Shown piece after piece: positions 18,406 through 29,768 of a DNA stretch of 64,000 bases. Location: contig OZ244170.1 in assembly GCA_965216565.1 (NCBI GenBank), positions 2,112,001 to 2,176,000 of the forward strand, given 5' to 3'. The stretch comes from Bythopirellula sp. GTDB taxonomy: Bacteria; Planctomycetota; Planctomycetia; Pirellulales; Lacipirellulaceae. Under the pieces are notes generated by a model. It did no database searches. It had not been told where the DNA came from and saw only the letters and a list, made by a program, of their open reading frames with translations. How positions within the stretch are numbered: position 1 is the first letter of the stretch; every line of letters starts with the position of its first letter. The translations under genes and the position numbers were made by a program.

Positions 18406-20310
18406 CTATTCGATTCGAATGACAATCCGCGAACCCTCACGATCAAGAGACATATCTATCGTTTTTGATGCGCCTTCGTGCTCCACCGTCACTTCGTATT
18501 CGCCCAGATATCCACGGACCCGACAGTTACCATCGGAATCTGTCGTCACTATTTCATTAGTTTTCCATTGATTGGCGACCAGGTCGACGAAGACTTCACC
18601 ACAGGGCTTGAGAGTCCAATCCTTTCGCCACAAAGCGGCTGCCGGTTTCCAGTGTATTGGTTCCCAGAAGCCCCATTGGACAATCGCTTCGAAGTTGGGG
18701 TGGCTGAAAGTAGCGATCATCACATCGCGGTAGTAGTCTGCTTGTAGCTCTTCGTCGTCGCCGGCTTCGACATCGAATTCGCTCAGTTGCATTCGGGGCG
18801 CGATTTCGGCAAACTCATCGTAAACCTCCAGTAGTTCTTCGGGAGGAGTAAGCGTGGTCAAGCCGAAGTGCGCCATGAACCCGACAACATCTGGTGCCTG
18901 ATTTTGCTCGTTTAGAAAACGGATGATTTGTTTGTAAGGGTCACGCTTGTAGCCATCTGGCAGAACCTTGCCCTCATTAATTGCGTGAGTTGCGTCAGGA
19001 GCTAACCGCCTTGCCTCGGCAAGGATCTCGGCATAGATCGCGGGCCCACCGTATTCTTTCTCGTAGGTGTGTTTGCCCCAGCCGATAATGTGATTGATCG
19101 TATCCCACTCGGTGACAAACTCTGTCGTTGCAGGTAGCACATCAGCCATGTGCTCCCATAGCCATGCTCGGTGACCTTCGGGGTTGCCAATGAAGGGCTT
19201 TTCTACGGCGGTAAAATCCATCGGCGCCCAGGCAATATAATGTCCACGTGCGGCAATATTGTTGGCGTTGAGCCATGGCAGAGTGCTCTCCATTAATATC
19301 CGACGCTTGCGGCGCCAACCAGGATGTCCGCTCTTCATTCGGATCCAGTTTCCAGGGCGGAGTTCCGACTCGAAAGTGACGCGGTCAAAGTACTCTTTGA
19401 CGACCTCGCGGTACTTTTGAGCATCTTCCCACGTGACAATCACCTTGCCTTTGGGTCGGATCGGAAATTCACTCTTGTCTGCGCCAAGCACTTCGGAGTT
19501 AACGGCATTGCCAAATCCAAAGGCATGCTTCCGCATGGCTACAGTGACGGTCGCGTCGGCGACCGGGTCACCATTCTCGTTGACAGCACGGATCTGGATG
19601 TCGCCCTTGCGAATTCTCTCGATTCGCTCTAACGCTTCTCTTCGCCATGCTGCGTTCTTGGCACGTCCTTGATACATTACAGTCGACTTCGGGAGCGAGG
19701 CGGGGTTACGATCTGGGCCGTAATTGATGAGCCGTAAGTCAGCAATTTCAGCTATCTTCCCCGCTTCTCCCAGGTCGATGCGAATGCTGCTGTCAGTCTC
19801 GAAATCCTTAGAAGCAACAAACGATCGCACGTGCTGCTTCCACACTCGGTAAGCCGACAGATGATAATGGTACCCCGATTTCTGGTTTTCGGAGGTTAGT
19901 GTGAAGAAAGCGTTGTTAGGTTGCCCGCCAGCGTGGGGGCGTCGCATCCAAAAAGAAATGAGTAGGACATCATTCTTCTGAATAGGTATGTGAATGGGGA
20001 CAATCACCTGCAGATTCTTAGGATCGCTGAATCGCGTGTCCGACTCTATGCGATAGATCTGCTGGAAAGGCATCCCTTTGATAGCTACCCACCGGGCTTT
20101 GGCCTCGACATTCTTATTCCTCAATTGCAGGGCTTCATTTTGATTGAACTCGACTAGATCTTTACCACCTTGCGGCGGGATGATCGTCTCCACACCGAAT
20201 GCGAGGCCTAGCTGTAAGTAAAGCAGCACAACAAATGCTATGAGCTTCGAGATCTCGCGAGAGAAGGAGAGGCCTTGTTCAAGTTGTCTAAAGAATCTAT
20301 CGACGGACAT
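18406..20310 (-). CDS. GH10-like endo-xylanase family protein with N-terminal CBM-like domain; acid/base Glu replaced by His
   Basis: HAFGFG, TFESELR, ARGHYIAW, EWDTINH (cf. WDVVNE), GFMAHF, LSEFDV (nucleophile), WGFWE, RGYLGEY. Start approximate. Confidence 0.8.
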   Translation of the reverse strand: MSVDRFFRQLEQGLSFSREISKLIAFVVLLYLQLGLAFGVETIIPPQGGKDLVEFNQNEALQLRNKNVEAKARWVAIKGMPFQQIYRIESDTRFSDPKNLQVIVPIHIPIQKNDVLLISFWMRRPHAGGQPNNAFFTLTSENQKSGYHYHLSAYRVWKQHVRSFVASKDFETDSSIRIDLGEAGKIAEIADLRLINYGPDRNPASLPKSTVMYQGRAKNAAWRREALERIERIRKGDIQIRAVNENGDPVADATVTVAMRKHAFGFGNAVNSEVLGADKSEFPIRPKGKVIVTWEDAQKYREVVKEYFDRVTFESELRPGNWIRMKSGHPGWRRKRRILMESTLPWLNANNIAARGHYIAWAPMDFTAVEKPFIGNPEGHRAWLWEHMADVLPATTEFVTEWDTINHIIGWGKHTYEKEYGGPAIYAEILAEARRLAPDATHAINEGKVLPDGYKRDPYKQIIRFLNEQNQAPDVVGFMAHFGLTTLTPPEELLEVYDEFAEIAPRMQLSEFDVEAGDDEELQADYYRDVMIATFSHPNFEAIVQWGFWEPIHWKPAAALWRKDWTLKPCGEVFVDLVANQWKTNEIVTTDSDGNCRVRGYLGEYEVTVEHEGASKTIDMSLDREGSRIVIRIE

Positions 20311-20380
20311 GGAAAGGCAATTCGATGTGCAAGTACTTTCGAGACGTGGGACAATACATGTTGCTGAGGCGAGGCTACTA

Positions 20381-21832
20381 TTACTTCTTGATTCTTGCTT
20401 TCTCAATTCGCTGAGGGGAGTTGAGCTGTTTCGAAAGGCTAGAAATCAAGTCCGCATGACTGGGTTCGTCGACAAGGTTACGTCGGGCGATTTGTGAATC
20501 GAGGTGATCGTAGAGTTCTCTTCCCACTACTTTCTGGGTGTCGTGATTGATCCACTCGGTATAACGCCAGCGACTTGTACGCATGCTGTATCCCATGTTG
20601 ATGCCCCGCGGATACTGGCTTAGCGCGTAGGTCCGTGGCGTTTTGCTAGGGTCTCTGAGCGTGTCCTGGAGACTTCTTCCCTCGCAGGATGCTGGAATCT
20701 CTCCTCCAGTGAGTTTCGCCAAAGTTGGGAACACGTCGATCATCTCAACCAAAGCTTCCGAGCGTTCTTCTTGGGCATACCCTGGCGCGGAGATGATCAA
20801 AGGCACCCGAGTATCCAATTCGAGATTTGTGTGTTTACACCACAAACCATAATCACCAAGCTTGTATCCATGATCGCCCCATAGAATGACGATTGTGTTG
20901 TCGCGCAAATCGAGTCGATCGAGTTCAGCCATCACTCTTCCGACCTGAGCATCAGCGTAACTCACGCAAGCAGCATAGCCGTGCATCAGTTCCTGAGTTT
21001 GCTCGTCACCCAGAGGGCCCTCTTTTGGTATTCCAAGATACGATCTCAATTCACCCCACTTCGTAAACGCAAATCGAGGGGCTCCCTGCGGAAGAGTTCG
21101 CTGAGGAACGTCGAATTGTTCTCGCTGATACATGTCCCAGTAACACTTTGGGGCTGCAAAAGGCAAGTGCGGTTTTGCAAAACCAACGCACATGAAAAAC
21201 GGCTCTTCCCCGACTTGTTTCAGTGCATTGATCGCCTGTGCTGCAACTGCCCCATCTCTATAGGCATCGTCTTCCACGTCGGCCGATTCTACTGCCGGAC
21301 CCTTTGTTGCTGAGGACAGGGCTACCCGCCTAAGGCCTTTGGCTCTCGCTTCTTTTCTTCGTTGGGCAATCGATTCCAAGACGGCCGGATCTGCGTACTT
21401 TTCACCTGGCATATCAGGTAGGTGCGACCAGTACGTCCGATCGTCGATATGGTGATGGTATACTTTTCCAAATGATGAGGTTTCATAACCTCTTTCATAG
21501 AAGTATCGAGGCATACTCATTGCATCGGGGACCGTGCGACGGAGCGGAGACCACAGATCGTGGATCCCTATCGTGTCGGGGTATTGCCCCGTCATCATGC
21601 TGATTCGCGAAGGCGCGCAGATCGCCTGTTGGCAATACGCTCGTTCAAAGAGTAGGCCTTCTGATGCCAGAGCATCAATGTTCGGACTCTCGATATGTTC
21701 CTGACCGTAACAGCCCAATTCTGGCCTTAGGTCGTCGATGAAGAATATCAGTACATTCGTGTTCTCGCTTGCTTTCGCAACGAGAGACGAAAACGATAGC
21801 GCTAGACTAAACAGGAACGGTAAGTATTTCAT
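20381..21832 (-). CDS. Sulfatase, iduronate-2-sulfatase-like (S1)
   Basis: NVLIFFIDDLRPELGCYG, CAPSR, GKVYH, GFAKPHLPF, WGDHGYKLG..G.WCKHTN. Confidence 0.9.
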   Translation of the reverse strand: MKYLPFLFSLALSFSSLVAKASENTNVLIFFIDDLRPELGCYGQEHIESPNIDALASEGLLFERAYCQQAICAPSRISMMTGQYPDTIGIHDLWSPLRRTVPDAMSMPRYFYERGYETSSFGKVYHHHIDDRTYWSHLPDMPGEKYADPAVLESIAQRRKEARAKGLRRVALSSATKGPAVESADVEDDAYRDGAVAAQAINALKQVGEEPFFMCVGFAKPHLPFAAPKCYWDMYQREQFDVPQRTLPQGAPRFAFTKWGELRSYLGIPKEGPLGDEQTQELMHGYAACVSYADAQVGRVMAELDRLDLRDNTIVILWGDHGYKLGDYGLWCKHTNLELDTRVPLIISAPGYAQEERSEALVEMIDVFPTLAKLTGGEIPASCEGRSLQDTLRDPSKTPRTYALSQYPRGINMGYSMRTSRWRYTEWINHDTQKVVGRELYDHLDSQIARRNLVDEPSHADLISSLSKQLNSPQRIEKARIKK

Positions 21833-22255
21833 GCCTTTGACAATCCTTCGCGGTGGTCACATCTCACAATCAGTGGGTACTAATGAGTCTCCTAAGGACT
21901 ACAGGAGTGGGGAGTATGCTTGCCGTTCGCCCAGAATTACGTCCGTCAAACCCTTCCTGGCCCTCCCTCCAGGTTGCATTTGCCCGCAAAGGCGACAAAG
22001 AAACCACGACAACTCTACCACTTCCGCTTCACTCGAGATTGGACATGAAATTTGAGTGAGATACGATGATTCGATGATCCGGCCTAGATTGGGTCGGGAT
22101 CTGACGAGCGACGCCATTCAGCCATCGTTGAGTCGATGCTGGTCGTTAGAAAACTCTTAGCCGGTTCCCAACGGGACATGCACCCTATTCTGACGCCTGA
22201 CATAGAGCCGAGTGCAATTGAGCCACTGCCAATTGACCACAACAGGTTGATAGAA

Positions 22256-23752
22256 CTATTGCGGTTCCTGCTGCGTTTGATTGACCTCGACCGATGCGGG
22301 TAGAGTAATAGTTTCTGTAATGCGGTAGTCCACCACCCGCAGGGGCGAGGGTATTCCATCAACGGGGCCAGATTGTGTGGTTCGGATTTCTGTTACAGGT
22401 TCTGCTTGGCTGTAGACAGACAGTATCTTATCACTCTCCCATCTCCTGAGGTCAAGAACTGCATCGCCATAGTTGGAATGCCGATGGGGAAGATTCAAAC
22501 TCTTCCATCGCCAACCATTATCGTTGCGACGAGGACGCCCTGTTGCAACAAGCAGCTCGCCTTCGCAGCTGTAGACAAGAACTAATGTACGGGCCTGCGA
22601 TCCGATTATCTTGGGTCGATCTCCTGTTAGCGGCAGAACCTCACGGTGCCACGTGCCTTCGCTAGTCCGCCAGTAGTGCTGATAATTGCTTTTTTTAGTG
22701 CCCTCCAAAAAATGGCGCATCAGTACATGAACACTCCCATCGGCATAGGCATAGTGAGTGTTAGAATTGGTGAGACCATGGTTTGTGGGGATGGGCGCAA
22801 CTACAAGACCAGGAGAATTGAGATGGATAGGATCTCGACCAGTCTTTCCGATGAGCTTTCCTGCCGAGTTGTGCCACGTACGCCCATGGTCATTGCTATA
22901 GGCGTAGCACAAATCGTGTTGGTTGCGAACATTTGTCTTCTCGAAACGGTCTCTCCAAACCCAAGACGCATGGAGCCGCTGCCCCGCGTAGGATAGAGAA
23001 TTCATATAGGGGTTACGATAAAGACTTGTTTTACCGTTGGCTTTGTAAGTTCCAATATCTCGCGCAATGAATTTACCCAAACCGGCTGTCCAGTCGTGCT
23101 TGTTCCCATCATATTCCTCAATCATCCCATCTCCATTTCCCGAAGTGACCGCGCGGTAGTAGAACATGAGGTTTCCGTTGGAAGCTGGAAAAAACCTTGG
23201 ATAGGTAACCTGGTCGTCAGGCACAACCGATCCGAGCGTATGCTTGATCGGACTGAAAAGTTCAGCATTCCATTCTACGGATTCAGGATGATGAGCGGCT
23301 TCCAATTCTGAGACGCGATAGTTCAACCGGGAAGCATGATGATCAAAGGCCATGTGGATCGTACCGTCCTTGTCGCAAATGCCGAGGACCGCGGTATTGT
23401 GCGAATCGTTGGACTCAAATTTGTGGTCGTCAAAGTGGATGACCTCCCACGCCCCACTTGGAAGCTTCCTGCGGCCAATGCAAACACGTCTTTTAGCATC
23501 GAAATAGGTTACATACTGAAACCCACCATAAGTTGTCAGTGAAGTTTGCTGATGGGTTCGCCCATTGGCCGTCCTCGAGAAACGTGTCGACTGCCCCTCC
23601 GCAAAGGTAAGGGTTCTACTTTCAACGGTAGTTTCTCCAATCAGCTCAATTTTCTGCGCAGGAGATTGCGAAGGAGCGAATGCTATCATCGCTCCCAAAA
23701 GGAAGCAGCACAATCCAACGCCATCGAGTCTAATAATTTGGTCAACTGACAT
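22256..23752 (-). CDS. Stand-alone secreted BNR_4 beta-propeller protein (lyase-like)
   Basis: Signal peptide; ANGRTHQQ, DSHNTAVLGICDKDGTIHMAFDHH, VTYPRF, SGNGD, YAYSNDHGRTW. No accessory domains or PEP-CTERM. Confidence 0.75.
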   Translation of the reverse strand: MSVDQIIRLDGVGLCCFLLGAMIAFAPSQSPAQKIELIGETTVESRTLTFAEGQSTRFSRTANGRTHQQTSLTTYGGFQYVTYFDAKRRVCIGRRKLPSGAWEVIHFDDHKFESNDSHNTAVLGICDKDGTIHMAFDHHASRLNYRVSELEAAHHPESVEWNAELFSPIKHTLGSVVPDDQVTYPRFFPASNGNLMFYYRAVTSGNGDGMIEEYDGNKHDWTAGLGKFIARDIGTYKANGKTSLYRNPYMNSLSYAGQRLHASWVWRDRFEKTNVRNQHDLCYAYSNDHGRTWHNSAGKLIGKTGRDPIHLNSPGLVVAPIPTNHGLTNSNTHYAYADGSVHVLMRHFLEGTKKSNYQHYWRTSEGTWHREVLPLTGDRPKIIGSQARTLVLVYSCEGELLVATGRPRRNDNGWRWKSLNLPHRHSNYGDAVLDLRRWESDKILSVYSQAEPVTEIRTTQSGPVDGIPSPLRVVDYRITETITLPASVEVNQTQQEPQ

Positions 23753-23865
23753 AATAGTTATAAAGAACGTGTAGGTCTGAGTTCATCGGAAGTAGCTAAT
23801 TCTTCACCAAAGACGACACAATCTAACACACCACGCAGGTGCTCCAGCCCCGATTCACCAATGAA

Positions 23866-26691
23866 TCATCTCACGGTGAAGTGGTAAATCCCTGATCCGG
23901 CTTCGTATTTCAACCAGTGGCGATGATGTGCAAAGATTGGAACAGCGTTCTCTTGGATTTTTCTCTCATCTTCCATGACTTCGTCCTCCGGCGATTTGGG
24001 GATAAAGATCGTTGCAGTTGTATTGGCGGGAACTTCCACATCCCATAAAAACGCGGCACCGGTATTTCTCCATTCACTGCGAATTTTGCCGTAGGGCGAT
24101 TCGACGCTTGTTTTTACCCACTCGAGTTGATCCGTCAGCTGCGGCTTCAGGTAGAAATGCTTGTATCCGGCAGCCTGCTCATCTGGCCGGACGCCGCCAA
24201 GAGACTCATGCATGAATGCCGCAAAGCCGCCATTCATGGGATGATTAAACGAATTGCTGAACCTCCTCTTCTTCCACTCAAACCGACGCTCTGGCCAAGT
24301 GGATAAACCACAGCTGAGGACGTAGCCAGGGCTTGGAAACGTGGTGTCCGTTAGCATTTGAAAGGCCAGATCATCCTGGCCATGGTCGGCCAACACAGTA
24401 TAAAGATGTCGCAATCCATGAATACCACACGAGTGGTGTCCCTCATGCAGCTCATTGATGTCATACAGCAAACCGGACACTTTGTTCGTACTATCCGCGG
24501 CAGCAACCATTCCTAACTTGAGGGCCATCACTGTAGCCGTTTGGCTTCCGAAATGTTCGAACTTTGTGCCCTCCAGAGGTTTGGCATAAACCTCATTAAA
24601 AGCCGTAAGGACCTCTTCCGCCTCGTCCACACACCACTCGCTATACTCCATGTCGCCAAGGATGCGTGCCATTTCGCTGACGATTTGTAATGCTTGGTAA
24701 TAAAACGCTGTTCCAGAAACGTGAGGATGACATTCCATATGCTCGGGAGCATTTTTCCTATCCCAGCGAGGTGGGCACCAATCGCCCAATCCATCTTCTA
24801 TGACGCCAAGTTCGTTTTTGAAGGACCCGTAATACTTGATGGAATTCTTGATGTTGTCATAGTGTGGCTTGAATGCCTCAACGTCACCCGTGTGCACGTA
24901 CAGTCTCCACGGCAGTATCACATAGGCAACACCCCAATCGATATTGGCAACTCGGTTTGCGCGATGCCCAGGGGCTACCATTGTCGGAACTCCCACACTG
25001 TTTGGAATTATTCTGCGCACTCGTTTGTCCACCCGCAGACTATCCTCGATGTCGCGCAAGTATTTTAAGTAAAATCTTGCCATGTCGTAGTTGTAGAGAC
25101 TGAGGTCTGCAGTAGCGTGGGCGTCTCCCAGCCAGCCACATTTTTCACGGTGGGGGCAATCTTCTGGAAGGGAATGCCAGTTGCCTTCGAGGCTCAGCAA
25201 GCTGGCCTCGTATTGTCTATTGAGTAAGTCATTGGAAGAAGAAAAGGTACCTGTTCTTTCGACATCGCTTCGCACGAAGACAGCTTGTACATCATCCATA
25301 TGGGGTGCTTTATCTAACCCACTAATTTCCGCATATTGAAATCCGGAGTAGGTGAATCGAGGCGACCATGTCTCGGAGCCACTCCCCTTACATATGTAGT
25401 AGAGCTCATGCGGACTGCCCGGGGCTCCGCCAAAAGTGACTTGGTCGGCACGCTTGGTGTCCTTCGTGAGCACCTCTGCTGGGAAGATCTTTAGGACGTC
25501 GCCTTCGTCTTGATTCACACTCAAACGAATCCATCCAGAAATGTTCTTACCAAAGTCAAAGAGGTATGTGTCAGATTCAACTTTTCGAACATCCACCGGT
25601 GTAAGCCGCTCAACTTCCTTAATAGGTGGCAGCATTTGTGGACGTAATCGGTCATCTGGACAAGGAGGCGGAAGCTGCACGGCCGGCTGCCAATCCGAAT
25701 CGTCGAAGCCTGGCATAGTCCAATCAGGAATTTCCAGACGTGCATCGTATGTTTCGCCCCAATAGACGTTGTCGAATACGACAGGGCTGACGCATGTCTT
25801 CCAGTTAGTGTCCGTTGCAAATTCTTGCGAGCTGCCGTCGGCGTAGTCAATAAACAGCTTCAATCGCACCCTTGGTTGTCCATAGCCAAACTTCGTATTG
25901 AATGCGAGGTTCTGGCCATAGAAACCGTTCCCTAACCATATGCCCAGGGCGTTTTCGCCGAGTTTCAGATTGTGTGTAACATCGTGCGCTACATAGAGCG
26001 TGTGCTTCTGATAGTTAGTTTGGCCTGGATCCAATACATGGTCACCAATCTTGTTTCCGTTGATGTAAAACTCAGAATATCCTATACCGCTGACATAAGC
26101 TCTGGCCCTGCGCACCTCTTTGCTTATGGAAATTTTTTTTCGGAGCAACGGGGACGGATGGGGACTCAGCTGCTCGTTTAGTGCATGATGGGCGCGAGTG
26201 GAGAATTCGTGGTCACGCGTTTCTGGCTTCAAGCCGATCCACTGAGATTCAGACCAGTCGTTGGGCTTCAGAAGAGCCATCTCCCAACTTGCGACATCGG
26301 ACCAGTTGCTTCTATGGCCCTGGTTGTCAGAAATCTGTACTTTCCAGTAGCAAGTTTGTCGGCTGCGCAGTTCTCGGCCTTGATAGGGAATTAAGACCGA
26401 TTGGTGGGATATCATCTGACCGCTATCCCACAGGTCAGCCTGGTTACGGAGAAGCATCTCCGGGGTACTTGCAACCAAAATACGATAAGAGTGCTGCAAC
26501 ACCCCCTTCGCCTTGGAATTCTGGACTCGAATCTTCCAGCTTAGCCTCGGATGCTTGGTGTCTAACTGAGTCGGGTTGCGAAGATGATCGACCCGCAGAT
26601 CATACAGTTGGATGGCATTGCTATTCTCATTATTGGCAGCGACTGCTCCAGTCGAGAATAGAGCAACAAGAAGCAGGGGGATATTTCTCAT
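23866..26691 (-). CDS. GH78 alpha-L-rhamnosidase
   Basis: PRLSWK, WDSG, IGDHVLDPG, FDFGKNISGW, FTYSGFQY, EDCPHREKCGWLGD, GDWCPP, NSFNHPMNG, ESPYGKIRSEW. ATG 26691 precedes the signal peptide. Confidence 0.92.
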   Translation of the reverse strand: MRNIPLLLVALFSTGAVAANNENSNAIQLYDLRVDHLRNPTQLDTKHPRLSWKIRVQNSKAKGVLQHSYRILVASTPEMLLRNQADLWDSGQMISHQSVLIPYQGRELRSRQTCYWKVQISDNQGHRSNWSDVASWEMALLKPNDWSESQWIGLKPETRDHEFSTRAHHALNEQLSPHPSPLLRKKISISKEVRRARAYVSGIGYSEFYINGNKIGDHVLDPGQTNYQKHTLYVAHDVTHNLKLGENALGIWLGNGFYGQNLAFNTKFGYGQPRVRLKLFIDYADGSSQEFATDTNWKTCVSPVVFDNVYWGETYDARLEIPDWTMPGFDDSDWQPAVQLPPPCPDDRLRPQMLPPIKEVERLTPVDVRKVESDTYLFDFGKNISGWIRLSVNQDEGDVLKIFPAEVLTKDTKRADQVTFGGAPGSPHELYYICKGSGSETWSPRFTYSGFQYAEISGLDKAPHMDDVQAVFVRSDVERTGTFSSSNDLLNRQYEASLLSLEGNWHSLPEDCPHREKCGWLGDAHATADLSLYNYDMARFYLKYLRDIEDSLRVDKRVRRIIPNSVGVPTMVAPGHRANRVANIDWGVAYVILPWRLYVHTGDVEAFKPHYDNIKNSIKYYGSFKNELGVIEDGLGDWCPPRWDRKNAPEHMECHPHVSGTAFYYQALQIVSEMARILGDMEYSEWCVDEAEEVLTAFNEVYAKPLEGTKFEHFGSQTATVMALKLGMVAAADSTNKVSGLLYDINELHEGHHSCGIHGLRHLYTVLADHGQDDLAFQMLTDTTFPSPGYVLSCGLSTWPERRFEWKKRRFSNSFNHPMNGGFAAFMHESLGGVRPDEQAAGYKHFYLKPQLTDQLEWVKTSVESPYGKIRSEWRNTGAAFLWDVEVPANTTATIFIPKSPEDEVMEDERKIQENAVPIFAHHRHWLKYEAGSGIYHFTVR

Positions 26692-26809
26692 ATTGCAAAC
26701 AGATAACGCAATCAACTGAATAACTCTCACGCTCAATCGATAGAGGCTGGCAGTATTACCTAAAGAGCTAAACGACCCGATTGCAGGAAAGCCCCCTATC
26801 TACATAGCC

Positions 26810-28195
26810 TCAATTCGCTGCCGTCTTTAGCTCCTGGAATTTGTTTCTCATCTCAAGGAGTTTCGCTGCATATGCGGGGTCGCTTGCCAGATCATTCTCT
26901 TCCAACGGGTCGGCCCTGAGATCGAAAAGTTGTTCATAGTCGAATTCAGGCCAGTAAAAGTACTTCCAGTCCTTCCGCACCAGCGCTTCCGAGGCGGGAA
27001 TGAAGTCTGTCCTTTTTAGCATTGGATGCTCGTAGAAAAACTCGTCTCGCCATTTCGGCTTTTCCTCTGCTAGATACAACGGGCTAAGATTCTCTCCTTG
27101 CATCGATTCTGGAGCATCAACCCGAGCCGCTGCCAGGATTGTGGGCGCGAGGTCGACATTGAGAGTAATATCTTCGTTCACGTCACCTTTTACATTCGTG
27201 TCCATTCGTGGATCTCGGACGATTAACGGAACCCGAATACTCTCCTGGTGCGGATACCACTTATCAGCCAAACCGTGCTCAGCGTGATAATACCCATTGT
27301 CGGTAGTGAATATGACCAATGTGTTGTCATCGAGTCCCTGGCTTGTCAATTCCGCTAGAATTTTTTCGCATGTCGAATCGACTTCCGTAGCCAAGCGAAA
27401 GTAATTCTTCATCATGGTCTGGTATTTCTCTGGCGTATCAAATCTCCAGTGCCAACGGTTGCGTCCTTCGTTTTTCTCGTTACCCACGAAATCTGGTAAT
27501 CGCTCAAACGATTCCTGCGTAGCGCTAGCTGCAACCGGAATGGTTGTATCTTCATACAGTTTCATGCTCTCGGGTTGAGGAAGAAACTGGAGTGGATTCT
27601 TGTCCTCCGCATGTGTCGCGAAGAAGGCAACCGTCAGGCAAAACGGCTTATCGACCGGCCGATTCTTCAAGAACTCTAAAGCATCCTTCTCGTTCTTCTG
27701 GGTGACATGGATTTTCGAGCCATCTGGCTGCTCCATCCAGTGGGTCCCGGAATAGGCACGTGCAAAGTCGAAGTGTTCTTCAGGAATCTTACCGTTATGC
27801 CACTTGCCGACATGACCCACGTAATAGCCGTTTTCTCGAAGCAGCCCTGGATAGGTTTCTGACCAGGGAGTCTTCCACATCCGAAAAGATCGGCATCCAT
27901 GGCGCGCCATCCACTGGCCCGTGAATAGCGTTGCACGGCTGACACAGCAAATTGAGGTCGAGACATAATTGTGAGCAAAACGCACTCCCTGGCTCGCTAA
28001 GCGATCAAGTGTTGGCGTTTGCACAACCGGATTACCTGCGACACCAAGAGTGTCGTATCGCCAATCGTCAGCGTAGAGCACCAGGATGTTCAGTCGGCCA
28101 GCATCACCGGCGGCCGATGCGGCGTTCGATGAGCCAAGTAGGAGCCCAGCATGTAGCAGGCATGCCAAGGCAATAAGTGTGAAATTGTATTTCAT
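26810..28195 (-). CDS. Sulfatase (S1) with CxVxR variant motif
   Basis: [56 protein letters not shown]. Confidence 0.88.
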   Translation of the reverse strand: MKYNFTLIALACLLHAGLLLGSSNAASAAGDAGRLNILVLYADDWRYDTLGVAGNPVVQTPTLDRLASQGVRFAHNYVSTSICCVSRATLFTGQWMARHGCRSFRMWKTPWSETYPGLLRENGYYVGHVGKWHNGKIPEEHFDFARAYSGTHWMEQPDGSKIHVTQKNEKDALEFLKNRPVDKPFCLTVAFFATHAEDKNPLQFLPQPESMKLYEDTTIPVAASATQESFERLPDFVGNEKNEGRNRWHWRFDTPEKYQTMMKNYFRLATEVDSTCEKILAELTSQGLDDNTLVIFTTDNGYYHAEHGLADKWYPHQESIRVPLIVRDPRMDTNVKGDVNEDITLNVDLAPTILAAARVDAPESMQGENLSPLYLAEEKPKWRDEFFYEHPMLKRTDFIPASEALVRKDWKYFYWPEFDYEQLFDLRADPLEENDLASDPAYAAKLLEMRNKFQELKTAAN

Positions 28196-28220
28196 TAGAT
28201 TCCCTGACGATGCATTGAGA

Positions 28221-29615
28221 TCAGGCTAGGCTAGGCTCGCCCAGGTACTTTTCTCTACTCGGTCGCGACATCAGTTGGTTTGCCATGGGATTGTCAATAA
28301 AGATTTCCTTGGTCGGATCCCACTGCAAGTCTTCGCCTACCATCAATGCGATATTGCACATGTGGCAACTTGTCATCGTGCGGTGATGCGAGTAGACGTC
28401 CGAAATAGGCTCAGTTCGGTCTTTGACGCATTCAAAGAAGTTTTGCATATGTGAGGTGATCGGCTTGTTTTTGTACAACTTCGCCATCCGATCTTCGAGA
28501 TCCTTCTTATCGGCCTCGGTTAGCTCCTCGACCGGTTTTCCAGTCAACTTACCGCGGTTCACGAAGATCCGCCCCCCACTACCTTCGAATAGAATCCCAT
28601 TGGGGAATTTTGTCCGGCCATCTTCCGATTCGTACTCGTCGTTGACGTTCAGGACAGAGCCATTCTCAAATGTTAGGTCTAGATTGAAGTGCGTGGCAGC
28701 ATTGTAACCGTTATCAAGGTCCTGTTCCCCTGCAAAGAAACTGGCCCAATCAAAACCCGCGGGCACCACATCGCCAAAACTGCCCGTGCCACTGATCTTC
28801 ACTGGGCCACTGTGATCCATACCGATGGCCCACTGAGCAATATCAATATGATGGGCCCCCCAATCCGTCATTTTTCCGCCCGAGTATTCCATATACCAGC
28901 GGAAGAACTTGTGCCGCTGGAGCGAATAGTCCGCCGATTTAGCAGGGCCCAACCAGAAGTCCCAATCTAGCTTTTCCGGCACAGCGGTATTCGGGAATGG
29001 CCCTTCACCGGGAGCAGCCCCAATTGCTATGTGCGCGTTGATATTGTCGCCAATGTAACCACCCTGAACCATCGCAATGGCTTTGAGAAAATTCCGATCC
29101 ATTTCGGTACGTTGCTGGGTTCCTACTTGGAATACCTGTCCAGTTTCCTTTGCAACTTTGCAAATCTGCTTGCCTTCGTTGATGGTCAGAGTGAGTGGTT
29201 TTTCACAATAGACGTCGCAACCAGCTCGCAGAGCATAGGCTGCAATCGGAACGTGCCAATGATCGTTTGTTCCGATGACAACGATGTCTGGCCGCTCTTT
29301 GTCGATCATCTTGCGGTAGTCGACATATTCCGCAAGTTTGCCCTCGAATAACTGGTCTGCGTTGAACTCGGCACTGTGGAGCTGATCCACATCGCATACG
29401 GCAATGGTCTTGCCGAATCTGGCGGCTTGCCGAGCTATCTTTCCCCCGCGGTTGTAACGTCCTCGGCTACCACCTACACCAATAGCGGCGATCGTTAGGT
29501 TGTCGTCGTAAAGACTATCGGCCGCAGCTGCGCTGGTCCAAGAGTAAGGGACGCCTGCCAGGGCTCCTGCTGCAGCAGTGGTACTCTTCAGAAAATGCCT
29601 TCGAGACGTGATCAT
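28221..29615 (-). CDS. Tat-exported Gfo/Idh/MocA family oxidoreductase
   Basis: SRRHFLK Tat motif; [38 protein letters not shown]. Confidence 0.9.
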   Translation of the reverse strand: MITSRRHFLKSTTAAAGALAGVPYSWTSAAAADSLYDDNLTIAAIGVGGSRGRYNRGGKIARQAARFGKTIAVCDVDQLHSAEFNADQLFEGKLAEYVDYRKMIDKERPDIVVIGTNDHWHVPIAAYALRAGCDVYCEKPLTLTINEGKQICKVAKETGQVFQVGTQQRTEMDRNFLKAIAMVQGGYIGDNINAHIAIGAAPGEGPFPNTAVPEKLDWDFWLGPAKSADYSLQRHKFFRWYMEYSGGKMTDWGAHHIDIAQWAIGMDHSGPVKISGTGSFGDVVPAGFDWASFFAGEQDLDNGYNAATHFNLDLTFENGSVLNVNDEYESEDGRTKFPNGILFEGSGGRIFVNRGKLTGKPVEELTEADKKDLEDRMAKLYKNKPITSHMQNFFECVKDRTEPISDVYSHHRTMTSCHMCNIALMVGEDLQWDPTKEIFIDNPMANQLMSRPSREKYLGEPSLA

Positions 29616-29768
29616 AAAAGATTCCTGTTTTGAGCGAGTACTGTTTACGAGCGTAGATTGCTAGGTTTGCGTGTTTGTCAGAAAGCTCTGGGCTATTGTG
29701 AAAACTATCCGTTCCTATTGTACTCAGATCCTTGGCAGGCGAGCCTTGTCCGATTTCACCTTTAGCTA

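Noticed and set aside
21833..22255. 420-nt gap with several short ORFs inside the cluster
   Set aside because: No recognisable protein motif, RNA structure or repeat.
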